From Thermoplasmatota archaeon (GTDB taxonomy: Archaea > Thermoplasmatota > Penumbrarchaeia > Penumbrarchaeales > Penumbrarchaeaceae), in assembly GCA_029762535.1 (NCBI GenBank), contig JARVGK010000001.1:32368-96367 (forward strand): DNA of 64,000 bases, given 5' to 3'. This document shows positions 47,539-57,200 of this stretch, piece by piece (positions within the stretch are counted from its first letter, which is position 1; the number at the start of each line of letters is the position of its first letter). The notes below the pieces were generated by a model that saw only the letters and a program-made list of their open reading frames with translations, made no database searches and was not told the DNA's origin. A program made the translations under genes and the position numbers.

Positions 47539-50500
47539 GTGATTAATATGATCAAGGGGAAAGTATCGATAGTTATGGCCACATTATTTTTGACAATGGC
47601 GTCCTTCGGCGTCTTGAGCTTCGCTCCGGCGGGGGGCGTTCACGAGAGCGTGAGCGAGGATCCGGTCGTTCAGGGCGAGGTGGACAAGGCTTATTTCATA
47701 AGGAACGACGGCCAGTGGGACAGCCCGATGGAATATGTCGGTCAGACCTCGCTCGGGGTCATGGGGTTCTCCCCGGACGGCGTGTTCATGAACATAGTGG
47801 AGGAGGTCCTCGAGAAGGACGAGGAGGTGCATAGGTCTGGGCATATTCTCCAGTTCACCTTCGACGGCGGCTATCAGGTGCTGCCGCAGGGGGGCGGCAT
47901 GCTCGAAGGCCACATGAACTGGCTTATCGGTCCGGAAGAGGAATGGGTCACCGAGGTGCCCCTTTTCGATAGCGTCATATACGAGAACGTGTGGGACGGG
48001 ATCGACGTCCGATACACCTATGGCGAAAAGGGGTTGAAGTACGAGTTCGTACTCGCCCCGTTCGCGGATCCCTCCGATATCGCCGTGAGAGTGGAGGGTC
48101 AGAGGTCGCTCAAGTTGATGGACGGGAACCTCGTCATAGACGTGAAGGAGGGCCTGACCGTCACAGATAAGGACCTCGACATATGGTATGACGACGGGTC
48201 CTTCGAGAAGGTCAACGGAAGGATCGTTATCCTTGATGGGAACACTTATACCTTCAGGATGGACGGCTACGATCCCTCACGGGGACTCGTGATCGATCCG
48301 CTGTATTACTCCACCTTCCTCGGAGGATACGGGACGGATTACGGCTACAGCGTTGATGTGGACTCCAAGGGATACGCATATGTAGCTGGTTATACCAGTT
48401 ATTCCTCATCCGGTGAGTTTCCCACGACCACCGGCGCTTATCAATCATCCAGGGCCTCGACCTCTTCCGATGCCTACGTCACGAAGTTCAACTACGCCGG
48501 ATCCGAGCTGATCTATTCGACGTTCATTGGAGGATATGGAACTGATTATGCCTACGGCATCGACGTGGATTCCTCCGGGAACGCATATATCACGGGCTAC
48601 ACATACTACTCATCTTCTGGTATCTATCCAACGACCAGCGGGGCCTACCAGACCTCATTTACATATACAAGCTATCCCGAGATATTCGTGACCAAGCTGA
48701 ATTCGGCAGGTTCCTCCCTATCCTATTCAACATTGATTGGAGGAGCTTACTACGATTACGCTTACGACATTGCGGTGGACTCCTCAGGAAATGCGATCAT
48801 AACTGGCCGAACAGGATATTCATCCACATACACTCCCAGTTACGGGGAATATCCGACCACTTCAGGAGCGTACCAGACAAGCAGAGCAGGGACGAACTAC
48901 GAAGCTTTCGTCACGAAGTTCAACTCGGGAGGAAGCTCACTTCTCTATTCCACCTTCCTGGGAGGATGGGGTTCAGATTATGGATATGGTGTGGCTGTGA
49001 ACTCTTCCGGCGAGTTCGCTGTGGCAGGATACACCTCTTATTCCTCGTCAGGCGAGTTCCCAACCACCTCGGGAGCCTATCAGGCGAGCAGGGCAGGCAC
49101 ATCTATGGATGCATTCGTCACGGCCTTCTCCTCGAGCGGAAGCGTCATCTATTCCACCTTTTTAGGCGGCTGGGGCAGCGATTACGGAAGGGCCATTGAT
49201 TTCGACGCCGACGGAAGGGTGGTGGTCGGAGGTTACTCCTCATACTCCTCCTCCGGTGAGTTCCCGACGACCTCCGGGGCATATCAGACCTCGAGGAGCG
49301 GGACTAGTATGGACGCGTTCGTCACGAAGTTCAGCTACCACGGATCGTATCTGGTCTTCTCCACTTTCCTTGGCGGGTCCGGATCTGAATACGTAGATCA
49401 AAATTCTCTGATGGTAGGTGATAACGACAACATTTATTTCGCGGGCCGCACAGTATCGAGCGATTTCCCGACGGTCAATGCCTATCAGGGATCCATCGCA
49501 TATTCATCATACTACGATTGCTTCCTTGTGAACTTAACGAGCGATGGCTCCACCCTATCCTATTCGACATACTTCGGAGGCGGTTACTACGATTACGCAT
49601 ACGGCCTGGCAGTCGATAAGTACAACAACGCCTATGTCACCGGATATACCCGGTATTCATCCACGTATTCCACGACATACGGCGAGTTCCCGACGACATC
49701 CGGAGCCTATCAGACCAGCAGGGCCGGGGACAGCTACGAAGCCTTCCTCTTTAAATACGGGGAGAATTTCACCGATGACACAGCACCGGTCCTCGGTACG
49801 GACAGCTCGGATTCATCCGCCTATACTGGCCAGGATTTCACCTTCCAGATCGCGGTCACGGACAACGTCGGTGTAACTAAATTGCATGTGGAGTACTGGT
49901 TCGGAACAGGATCCCACACGAACGATTCGATCCCTCTACTGGAGCCTTACACCCATACGATAACGGTCCCGAACTCTCTGGACACGATGTACTATTTCTT
50001 CTCCGCGGCGGATTATCACGGCAACTGGGTGAAGGGATCCACTCAGAGCAGGTCCCCCATTGACGGATCGGGCCCCGAGTTCGCGGATATGTCCATAACT
50101 CCTGACCCGCCCACGACCGGTGACAGCGCGACGGTGATGGTGAACGTCACGGACAACGTTGCAGTCGATAACACGACGGTGATGATCCATTTCAGGGACC
50201 AGACGGACGCTTCTTACACTTCCGCATACATGACCCATGTATCGGCGGACCTGTACAGCTATACCAATACGATCGGGACATACTGGACCCGTGTATACTT
50301 CTATATTACCGCCGATGACACCGCCGGTAACAGCGGCTCCACGGCCATAATGTATCTCGACGTCGATGATAACGATCCCCCGACCTTCGTCAGCGATGGT
50401 TCGGATCCAGTCGCTTATACTGGAGATCCCTTCACTTTCAACATAACGATGAACGACAACGTCGGGATCGATTACGCATATGTGGAGTACTGGTTCGGGA

Positions 50501-53475
50501 CCGGATCCCACAACGTGAGGTCGCTGACCATATACGGGTCCGGCCTTGGCGATGACCAGAACGGTATGGCCACGATAACGATACCCTACTATTCCACCGA
50601 CAGCTTGAATTATTTCTACAACTTCAGGGACGCGGATGGGAACTGGTGGGCCTCCGGTCCCAGCGCAAACGTAACGGTCTCCGTTCTTGACAACAAGGCC
50701 CCGGACATAATCGACGTCCAGTGGTGGGACGCCTATACAGGGGACGCTTTCTATTTCTCTATCGAGCTCTACGACAACATCGACGGTTACGCCCTGAAGG
50801 AAGCCTATGCCCTGTGGTCCTATGCCGGGGACTGGGACAATTCCACGAACTCCACGCTCAGCTACAACAACGTCAACGACATGTGGGAGAGCAGTTCCTT
50901 CAATGTGAACCTCAACAGCCTTGACCCGATAACCTACTACGTGATCGCCTCCGATCAGGGCGGGAACTGGGTCGTTGACGGTATATACTATACTTACGTC
51001 TATGACAACAAGGATCCCAAGATAGTATCCGATAATTCCCAGGCCGTGGCGACGACGGGGGACGAGTTCGAGTTCAACGTCACCGTGACCGATAATATCG
51101 AGATATCATACGTCGAGGCCTACTACTACTACACCGATATGAGCGACTCGGGTTTCGTATGGCTGATGGACGACGGCTCAGGGAATTTCGCTGGGACCTT
51201 CGAGGTCAAGCACACTTTGACCTCGTTCGAGTACGAGTTCTGGGCCTATGACACCTCATGGAACTGGGCATCCAGCCCGACTCCTGGATCGAGGACACCG
51301 GTGGACAACGATGTACCGGATATCTTCAACGACATGAGCCCGTTAAGCGGCGAGACCGGCAAGACTTACAAGTTCAGGGTGATGATCACCGACAACATCG
51401 CTCTGATGCCGGGTTCTATGGAGGTCAGCTACCGCATAGGTTCCGGAACCACGACCGATACCTCCCTTACGAGGATCGCAGGCAACATCTACGGGGCGGA
51501 AGTGACCCTTCCAGGCCAGGCGGGAATGCTGTATTACACATTCTCCGCGACCGATACCTCCGGCAACGTCCACACGACGGATGAGGTTCAGGTTCAGATC
51601 CTTGACATCACCCCTCCGGTACTGGGAACACCCGCGTTCTCGATGGATGCCTATACCGGAGATGACTACGTTGTTACGATAACGGCAACGGACGATGTAG
51701 GGGTCACTTACGTCAGGATGCGCTACTATTTCGGTGACGAGATGCCCTCCACGGTCCCTTATGTCGAGGGGGTCGCAAGCGGGAGCACTTACACACTGAC
51801 CGTCCCGGTGCCCCACATGCTGACTACCCTTCACTTCTCGATAGTGGCCTCCGATGCCCAGGGCAACCTTCAGACGCTTCCGTTCGTGACCGTCGAGGTC
51901 CACGACAACGACCTGCCCCAGCTGGATGAGGACCGCAGCTCCACCGAAGCGGTTACCGGCGGGGATCTCCTCTTCAACATCACCGTTAGCGACAATATCG
52001 GGGTTTCCCATGTCAACGTCCACTATACCCTTCCGGACGGTACGATACACATAGACGAGATGTACAGGGAAGGTGACATATTCACTCTGCATATACCTAT
52101 CTCGGACAATTACAGAGGCGATCTGACATACGCCTTCGAGATCGTCGATACCTCCATGAACGCGTTCATCACCGATGAGGTCACCGTTACCGTCATGGAT
52201 GACAAGCTACCCGTGGCGGACTTCAATACACCTGAGCGCGTCATCCAGGGGGTCGAAGTGATCTTCGACGGATCGATATCCACCGATAATGTAGGTATAA
52301 TCAACTGGACATGGACCATGGAGGATATGATGTACTACGGAGCAGAAATATCGCACGTGTTCGAGGAGGCGGGTACGTTCATGGTGACCCTGACCGTCTT
52401 GGACGATCCATCACATCCGGCCGTATCCGTCGAGAAGGAAATATTCGTAATAGACAGCGAGAACCCTGTACCCCTCGCAGAGGTCCCATCGGTCCTTGGC
52501 AACCATGAGATGCTCCAGATCGACGGCAGCGGGTCAACGGACAATGTGGGAATAGACCGCTACATGTGGCAGGTCCATCTCCCGGACGGTTCCAGGTACG
52601 ACAAGTCCGGTCCGACGATGAGCCATGACATGGCCGGTGTCCTGGGCGTTGTCAGGGTCATGCTAACGGTGTTCGATGTCGTTGGCAATTCTGGTTCAGA
52701 AATGTATGAGATCAATGTTATGGACATCTTGCCCCCGACCGTGATACCCCCGGCCGATGTGGAGGAATACGAGGGTTCCGCCTTGAGGTTCACGGACCGT
52801 GATTCATACGACAACGTTGGGATCGTCGAATGGCATTGGAACATAACGTGGGACATGGGATATACCGTCCTCAGCGGCAGGACCGTGACATATTACTTCG
52901 ATACCGCAGGGAAGTACAACGTCACTTTGACCCTTACGGATTCGGGGGGCAACGTGGCCTCCTCGTATTTCATAGTGACCATCAACGAGAAGGACGAGGA
53001 CTTCGACTCCGATGGCGATGGGATGCCCGACCAGTGGGAGGACATGTATGGTCTGAACAAGTTCCTTGACGACGCGGACCGCGACCCGGACATGGACGGA
53101 TTGACCAACCTCGAGGAATACAGGATAGGAACGGACCCGCTCGACCCCGATACGGACGGCGATGGGCTTCCTGACGGCTGGGAGGTGAAATATGGCCTCG
53201 ATCCTCTGGACCCCTCCGATGCAGATCAGGATATGGACGGCGATGGCGATACGAACCTGGAGGAGTACCTTGACGGATCCCACCGGGATCCGACCGTGAA
53301 GGATGCCGAGGTGAAGGAGGAGGACAATACCGTCCTCATCATTCTCCTGCTCGTCGTCTTCGCGATCCTTGCGATACTGATCCTCGTGGGGGTCGTGATG
53401 TTCATGACGAAGGTCCCGACCGTCGAGGAGAAGTTCCCCGAGAACGATTTCCCGCATCTATACAACAAGGAATGA
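47539..53475 (+). CDS. giant (1978 aa) cell-surface protein: signal peptide, SBBP-type beta-propeller repeats, ~9 tandem ~100-aa Ig-like domains, three PKD domains, TSP3-like Ca-binding repeats, C-terminal TM
   Basis: YSTFLGGYGTDYGYSVDVDSKGYAYVAGYTSYSSSGEFPTTTGAYQ repeated ~8 times (SBBP); recurring ...TDNVG(V/I)... domains; PKD (FDGSISTDNVGIINWTW, IDGSGSTDNVGI, FTDRDSYDNVGIVEWHW); DSDGDGMPDQWE / [14 protein letters not shown] / DQDMDGDGDTNLEEY; TM LIILLLVVFAILAILILVGVVMFM. Confidence 0.8.
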   Translation: MINMIKGKVSIVMATLFLTMASFGVLSFAPAGGVHESVSEDPVVQGEVDKAYFIRNDGQWDSPMEYVGQTSLGVMGFSPDGVFMNIVEEVLEKDEEVHRSGHILQFTFDGGYQVLPQGGGMLEGHMNWLIGPEEEWVTEVPLFDSVIYENVWDGIDVRYTYGEKGLKYEFVLAPFADPSDIAVRVEGQRSLKLMDGNLVIDVKEGLTVTDKDLDIWYDDGSFEKVNGRIVILDGNTYTFRMDGYDPSRGLVIDPLYYSTFLGGYGTDYGYSVDVDSKGYAYVAGYTSYSSSGEFPTTTGAYQSSRASTSSDAYVTKFNYAGSELIYSTFIGGYGTDYAYGIDVDSSGNAYITGYTYYSSSGIYPTTSGAYQTSFTYTSYPEIFVTKLNSAGSSLSYSTLIGGAYYDYAYDIAVDSSGNAIITGRTGYSSTYTPSYGEYPTTSGAYQTSRAGTNYEAFVTKFNSGGSSLLYSTFLGGWGSDYGYGVAVNSSGEFAVAGYTSYSSSGEFPTTSGAYQASRAGTSMDAFVTAFSSSGSVIYSTFLGGWGSDYGRAIDFDADGRVVVGGYSSYSSSGEFPTTSGAYQTSRSGTSMDAFVTKFSYHGSYLVFSTFLGGSGSEYVDQNSLMVGDNDNIYFAGRTVSSDFPTVNAYQGSIAYSSYYDCFLVNLTSDGSTLSYSTYFGGGYYDYAYGLAVDKYNNAYVTGYTRYSSTYSTTYGEFPTTSGAYQTSRAGDSYEAFLFKYGENFTDDTAPVLGTDSSDSSAYTGQDFTFQIAVTDNVGVTKLHVEYWFGTGSHTNDSIPLLEPYTHTITVPNSLDTMYYFFSAADYHGNWVKGSTQSRSPIDGSGPEFADMSITPDPPTTGDSATVMVNVTDNVAVDNTTVMIHFRDQTDASYTSAYMTHVSADLYSYTNTIGTYWTRVYFYITADDTAGNSGSTAIMYLDVDDNDPPTFVSDGSDPVAYTGDPFTFNITMNDNVGIDYAYVEYWFGTGSHNVRSLTIYGSGLGDDQNGMATITIPYYSTDSLNYFYNFRDADGNWWASGPSANVTVSVLDNKAPDIIDVQWWDAYTGDAFYFSIELYDNIDGYALKEAYALWSYAGDWDNSTNSTLSYNNVNDMWESSSFNVNLNSLDPITYYVIASDQGGNWVVDGIYYTYVYDNKDPKIVSDNSQAVATTGDEFEFNVTVTDNIEISYVEAYYYYTDMSDSGFVWLMDDGSGNFAGTFEVKHTLTSFEYEFWAYDTSWNWASSPTPGSRTPVDNDVPDIFNDMSPLSGETGKTYKFRVMITDNIALMPGSMEVSYRIGSGTTTDTSLTRIAGNIYGAEVTLPGQAGMLYYTFSATDTSGNVHTTDEVQVQILDITPPVLGTPAFSMDAYTGDDYVVTITATDDVGVTYVRMRYYFGDEMPSTVPYVEGVASGSTYTLTVPVPHMLTTLHFSIVASDAQGNLQTLPFVTVEVHDNDLPQLDEDRSSTEAVTGGDLLFNITVSDNIGVSHVNVHYTLPDGTIHIDEMYREGDIFTLHIPISDNYRGDLTYAFEIVDTSMNAFITDEVTVTVMDDKLPVADFNTPERVIQGVEVIFDGSISTDNVGIINWTWTMEDMMYYGAEISHVFEEAGTFMVTLTVLDDPSHPAVSVEKEIFVIDSENPVPLAEVPSVLGNHEMLQIDGSGSTDNVGIDRYMWQVHLPDGSRYDKSGPTMSHDMAGVLGVVRVMLTVFDVVGNSGSEMYEINVMDILPPTVIPPADVEEYEGSALRFTDRDSYDNVGIVEWHWNITWDMGYTVLSGRTVTYYFDTAGKYNVTLTLTDSGGNVASSYFIVTINEKDEDFDSDGDGMPDQWEDMYGLNKFLDDADRDPDMDGLTNLEEYRIGTDPLDPDTDGDGLPDGWEVKYGLDPLDPSDADQDMDGDGDTNLEEYLDGSHRDPTVKDAEVKEEDNTVLIILLLVVFAILAILILVGVVMFMTKVPTVEEKFPENDFPHLYNKE
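48300..49775 (+). repeat. about eight tandem SBBP (beta-propeller) repeats of ~60-65 aa
   Basis: Units beginning YSTF(L/I)GG(Y/W)G(T/S)DY(A/G)Y...D(S/A)SGN(A)Y(V/I)TGYT.YSSS.(E)FPTT(S)GAYQ(T)S; approximate boundaries from residue offsets. Confidence 0.6.
49790..52200 (+). repeat. about nine tandem ~95-105-aa extracellular domain repeats (Ig/cadherin-like) each carrying a (T/S)DN(V/I)(G/A) motif
   Basis: e.g. AYTGQDFTFQIAVTDNVGVTKLHVEYWFG, AYTGDPFTFNITMNDNVGIDYAYVEYWFG, ATTGDEFEFNVTVTDNIEISYVEAYYYY, GETGKTYKFRVMITDNIALMPGSMEVSY, AYTGDDYVVTITATDDVGVTYVRMRYYFG, AVTGGDLLFNITVSDNIGVSHVNVHY. Confidence 0.5.
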
Positions 53476-53491
53476 GATCGAAGCCATACTC

Positions 53492-53512
53492 GGCCTCCGT
53501 GATACGGAGGCC
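53492..53512. terminator. perfect 8-bp inverted repeat (GGCCTCCG-tgata-CGGAGGCC) 17 bp after the giant gene stop
   Basis: Seen directly; no T-tract follows, so function as terminator is uncertain. Confidence 0.3.
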
Positions 53513-53545
53513 GTTCACTTCCATTGGCGCGGTTGAAGGTTAAAT

Positions 53546-54193
53546 ATGGGAAGGATCTATAACACCATGGTCCGCGCATGCGTCGTCCTTGGCGGGAGCA
53601 TAGAGCCGGTGGACACTGCAGGATATGATATCGTCATCTGCGCGGATTCCGGATATTCCCGGGTTTTGGGTACCGGGCGAAGACCCGACCATCTTGTAGG
53701 AGATATGGATTCCTTGGACCCGGGCCTTCTGGAGAGGGCAGTGACCGAAGGCATCGATATCGTGAGGTATCCGATAGACAAGGATATCTCCGACGGGGAG
53801 GCCTCCCTCAAGCTGGCCATCGATTCAGGAGCGGACCTTATAATTATAGAAGGGGCGACCGGATCAAGGTCCGATCATATGATCTCCATGTTCCAAATGC
53901 TCGAATCCGTACCTCAAGACATAGAGGCATGGCTCCACATAGGAGGGGATCGCATTCGCCTCATGCGGGAAGGACAGTGGATGGAACTTACCGATCCTCC
54001 TCCGGTCATTTCCCTTCTCCCGGTCGCCGAGGATGTTCGGATCAAGACCGACGGATTGAGATACGATCTCGACGGCGAGAAGCTACTTAGAGGGTCCACG
54101 AGGGGGATACACAACGAGGCATCGTCTCCGAAGCCTCGTATCGAGGTCATTCAGGGATCGCTGCTTTTGGTCCTATCGAGATCGATCCATTGA
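53546..54193 (+). CDS. thiamine pyrophosphokinase
   Basis: CADSGYS...LVGDMDSL...DKD(I)SD...ADLIIIEGATGSRSDH: TPK catalytic-domain motifs, C-terminal thiamine-binding beta domain. Confidence 0.7.
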   Translation: MGRIYNTMVRACVVLGGSIEPVDTAGYDIVICADSGYSRVLGTGRRPDHLVGDMDSLDPGLLERAVTEGIDIVRYPIDKDISDGEASLKLAIDSGADLIIIEGATGSRSDHMISMFQMLESVPQDIEAWLHIGGDRIRLMREGQWMELTDPPPVISLLPVAEDVRIKTDGLRYDLDGEKLLRGSTRGIHNEASSPKPRIEVIQGSLLLVLSRSIH

Positions 54194-54208
54194 GGAACAA
54201 GGCCCTCT

Positions 54209-57200
54209 TCACTGCTCTTCCACCAGGAACTCCGCACCACATCCAGGGCACGTCCTGCTTCCGACCGGAACCTCGATGGAGCATTTGGGGCATTGATATA
54301 TCTCGGATTCGAAGGATGCTCCGCATCCAGGACAGGTCGCCGCGTTCATCTCCACGGCATTACCGCACGCCTCGCAGAGGAATGTCCTCCCATCGGTGCT
54401 ACCTTCGCCTTCCACCTTCTTTACCGAGCCCATCGCCCTCTCTAGAGCTCCTTTCAGGTCCTCATCCTCCTCTGGGTTCAGGTTCGACAGCTGTTTTATG
54501 GCCGAGTTGACCGCGTCGAGGTTCATACCTCCGTTCTCGGTAGAGGCCTTGATCAGTGTCTCGACGATCTCCCGCATCGGTACGATATCGGTATTCACCG
54601 ATGTGAGAAGCCGGTCCCTCAACGATACCTCCAGCTCCAGGCCCCTTCTTTTCAGCAGCTCTGCGAGCAAAGGTCCTTTGATATCTTCAGATAATGGCCT
54701 GATGTCCACGACCAGGCCGCTTTCCAGCCGGGATCGCAACTTTTCGGAGATGACGGTTATCTCGCCGGGCGGTCTCGATGATGTCATAACTATCTGCTTG
54801 TTGGAGTTCAGCATTAATCCGAACATATTCTCGAGGATATCTTCATCGGTCGAGCTCATGATGTCATGGACGTCATCGAGGAGGATAACATCGTATCCGT
54901 TAAGTTCATTCTTTTCAATATCATCGCCCCCCAGGACCGAATTCAGCTCTTCGATGGAAAGCAGTCCGATGCTGATGCCAGAGTCCTTGGCCAGTATGCC
55001 GGTCCGGATCGAGCTCAAGAGGTGGGTCTTGCCGGAACCGGTGTTCCCGTAGATGAAGAGAGGGTTGTATGCCTTCGACGGGTTATCGGCCACGCCTTGA
55101 GCGGCTTTCACCGCGAATCTGTTCGAGTTACCCACGATCAGATTATCGAAGGTCATCGAACCTGTCGCTTCCCATCCTTCATCGGCCCCGGATGGTTCTT
55201 CAGATGGCCCATCCTCGCTCTTGGCCTCGATCTCGGCTTTTGGCGTCTCCTGCGGCATCCGGAATCCGGTAGAGCCCATGAACTTCTTGAACATCTGTAT
55301 CTCTTTTTCGAAGTTGTTCATCTCCAGCTCGAGTATGGACATGTCCTGGTCCAGGTATTGCTTGATCTTTTCTGCTGCCTGGAATCCCGAGGATATATGA
55401 TCATCGATCCTCTTGATGATCTCGCTCCTCTTCCTCCTGTCCTCCTCTATCATCGCCTCCAGTCCTTCGAGTGCGAGGCTTATCTCATCGACGAGGCCAG
55501 GATCGTTCAGTTTGAACTCGATGTCCTCGGCCTCCTTCTTGAAATGTTTCAGATCGAGGGAATCGAACCTCTCCTGGAAGCCCTCGAGTTTGATTATCTG
55601 CTTTAGCGTCTCCTCGAATTCGGCATCAAGGTCCTCGATGGATGCATCCAATTTCTTCTCCAGGGATCTGACGTTGTAGCCCGCATCCTTCCATATCTTG
55701 ACCCTGTCCCGTATCTTTTCCCGCTTGGTGTGATTGCTCTCAATGAGGTTCTTCAGGTCCTCGAAATGCTCCAGCGCTCCCTGATGGTCCCCGATGTCCT
55801 TGAGATGCTTCTTAAGCTCCTCGATGCCCGGATGAAGCCAGCTGCTTTCGACCCTGTCCCATTTCTCGATGAGCGAGGAGGCCTCCTTCAATCGCGAGAT
55901 CCTTGTCTCCATGTCCTCTATGGCATCCTCGATGTGTGGCGCGGGTGTCTCTATGAGGTCCTTGAGGCTATCTATACGATATCCTTCCTTTTTCAGTTCC
56001 TCCAGCCTTTTCTTCAGGTCGATCCTTATAGCCGTATCCGAGCGAACCCTTTCAACGAGGTCCGCGAGGTTCTTCCTCGCCCTATCGATCTCGAAGGGGT
56101 CCTGTAATAGTGACCGAAGCTCATCCGCATCTCCCTGGAAGAATCTGGTATTGATCGATGAGAGCTCCTTGAGCATCTCCCGGCAGACGGTGATGTTCTT
56201 CTGCATCTCATCGTGAACTATGCTGAAGGCGGGGAGATCGTCATCAATGACCTCCTCCACCCTCTTCACGATGAAACCGTCGGACCTCCATCTCTCGAGA
56301 TCGTTCTTGACCTTCTCTCGGGTCTCCTCCCTCCTGCCGATGTCATCTTTCAAGCGATCCATCGAATCCTGGGCCTTATCCAACTGTGTCGGGTCTATCA
56401 GTATGGCTCTCAGCTCCTCGAATCTGCCATCCAGCCATCTGCTGTCCATACCGGATAGTTCATCGGACAGTTCAGAGAGCCTCTGCACCCTCTTTTCCAG
56501 GTCCTCCAGGGCGCCTCTCAGCTCGGATATGGGTCGCTCGAACATGGGCTCGATCGATACCACTTCATACCCTCTTCCGGCGATATCATCCACTTTCTTC
56601 CTTAACTCGTCCCTTTCCTGATCGATCCGGAGTATCCTCTCCTGTATGTCGTTCAGGCGGGATTCGTATCGATCGAGATCGAATGGATCTTTCATCGAGG
56701 CTTTCAGCTCGTCGATATCCTTGGTAAGATCGCGACGATCGGTATTATCGAGCGTTGCCCCGATCTCTTTGATCCTTGCGACATTGTTCTTCAGCAACTC
56801 CATCATTTCGCGGAGGTCCTTGGCCCTCTGGTCTATGGAATCCTCGATCCTCTTGATGCTGAAGCCGCCCTTCTCGAACGTTTTCGCTTCCTCGAGGATC
56901 TTTCGTTTCTCCGCCCTCTCCGCCTCCATCGTCTCTTTCAAGGACGCGAGGGAAGATCCCGCGGCAGGGATCTCGTTGGGATCGTTCAAAAGGAACTCTA
57001 TCTGAGCGATATTCTTGGAGAAACCCTTTGCGTCCTTTTCCTTGGAAATTGCGTCCAGCTCCTCCCTGTAATCCTTCAGCTGCTGAATGGAGTCCATGAA
57101 GTTCGCCATAGAATTCCAGGCCGAATCCAGATCATCATCGAGTTTCTGCTCCACACTCTCAGTGTTGAAGCCCTCCTCCTTCCAGAGTTTCACCCACTTG

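Noticed and set aside
48300-52200. Possibility that the long tandem repeats are a CRISPR array or non-coding satellite
   Set aside because: Repeats are 180-300 bp, imperfect at DNA level and maintain one long open reading frame encoding recognisable SBBP/Ig-like domains. They lack the short identical direct repeats and unique spacers of CRISPR.
54380-54995. Interpreting the DnaA-like module as a bona fide bacterial replication initiator gene or as bacterial contamination
   Set aside because: The protein lacks DnaA domains I and IV and is fused to ~1000 aa of unrelated sequence. GC content and flanking genes (thiamine pyrophosphokinase, archaeal-type Taw1, Cdc48, aIF-1A, S3Ae) are uniformly archaeal, so a chimeric bacterial contig is unlikely. 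It is kept as a novel-architecture finding instead.
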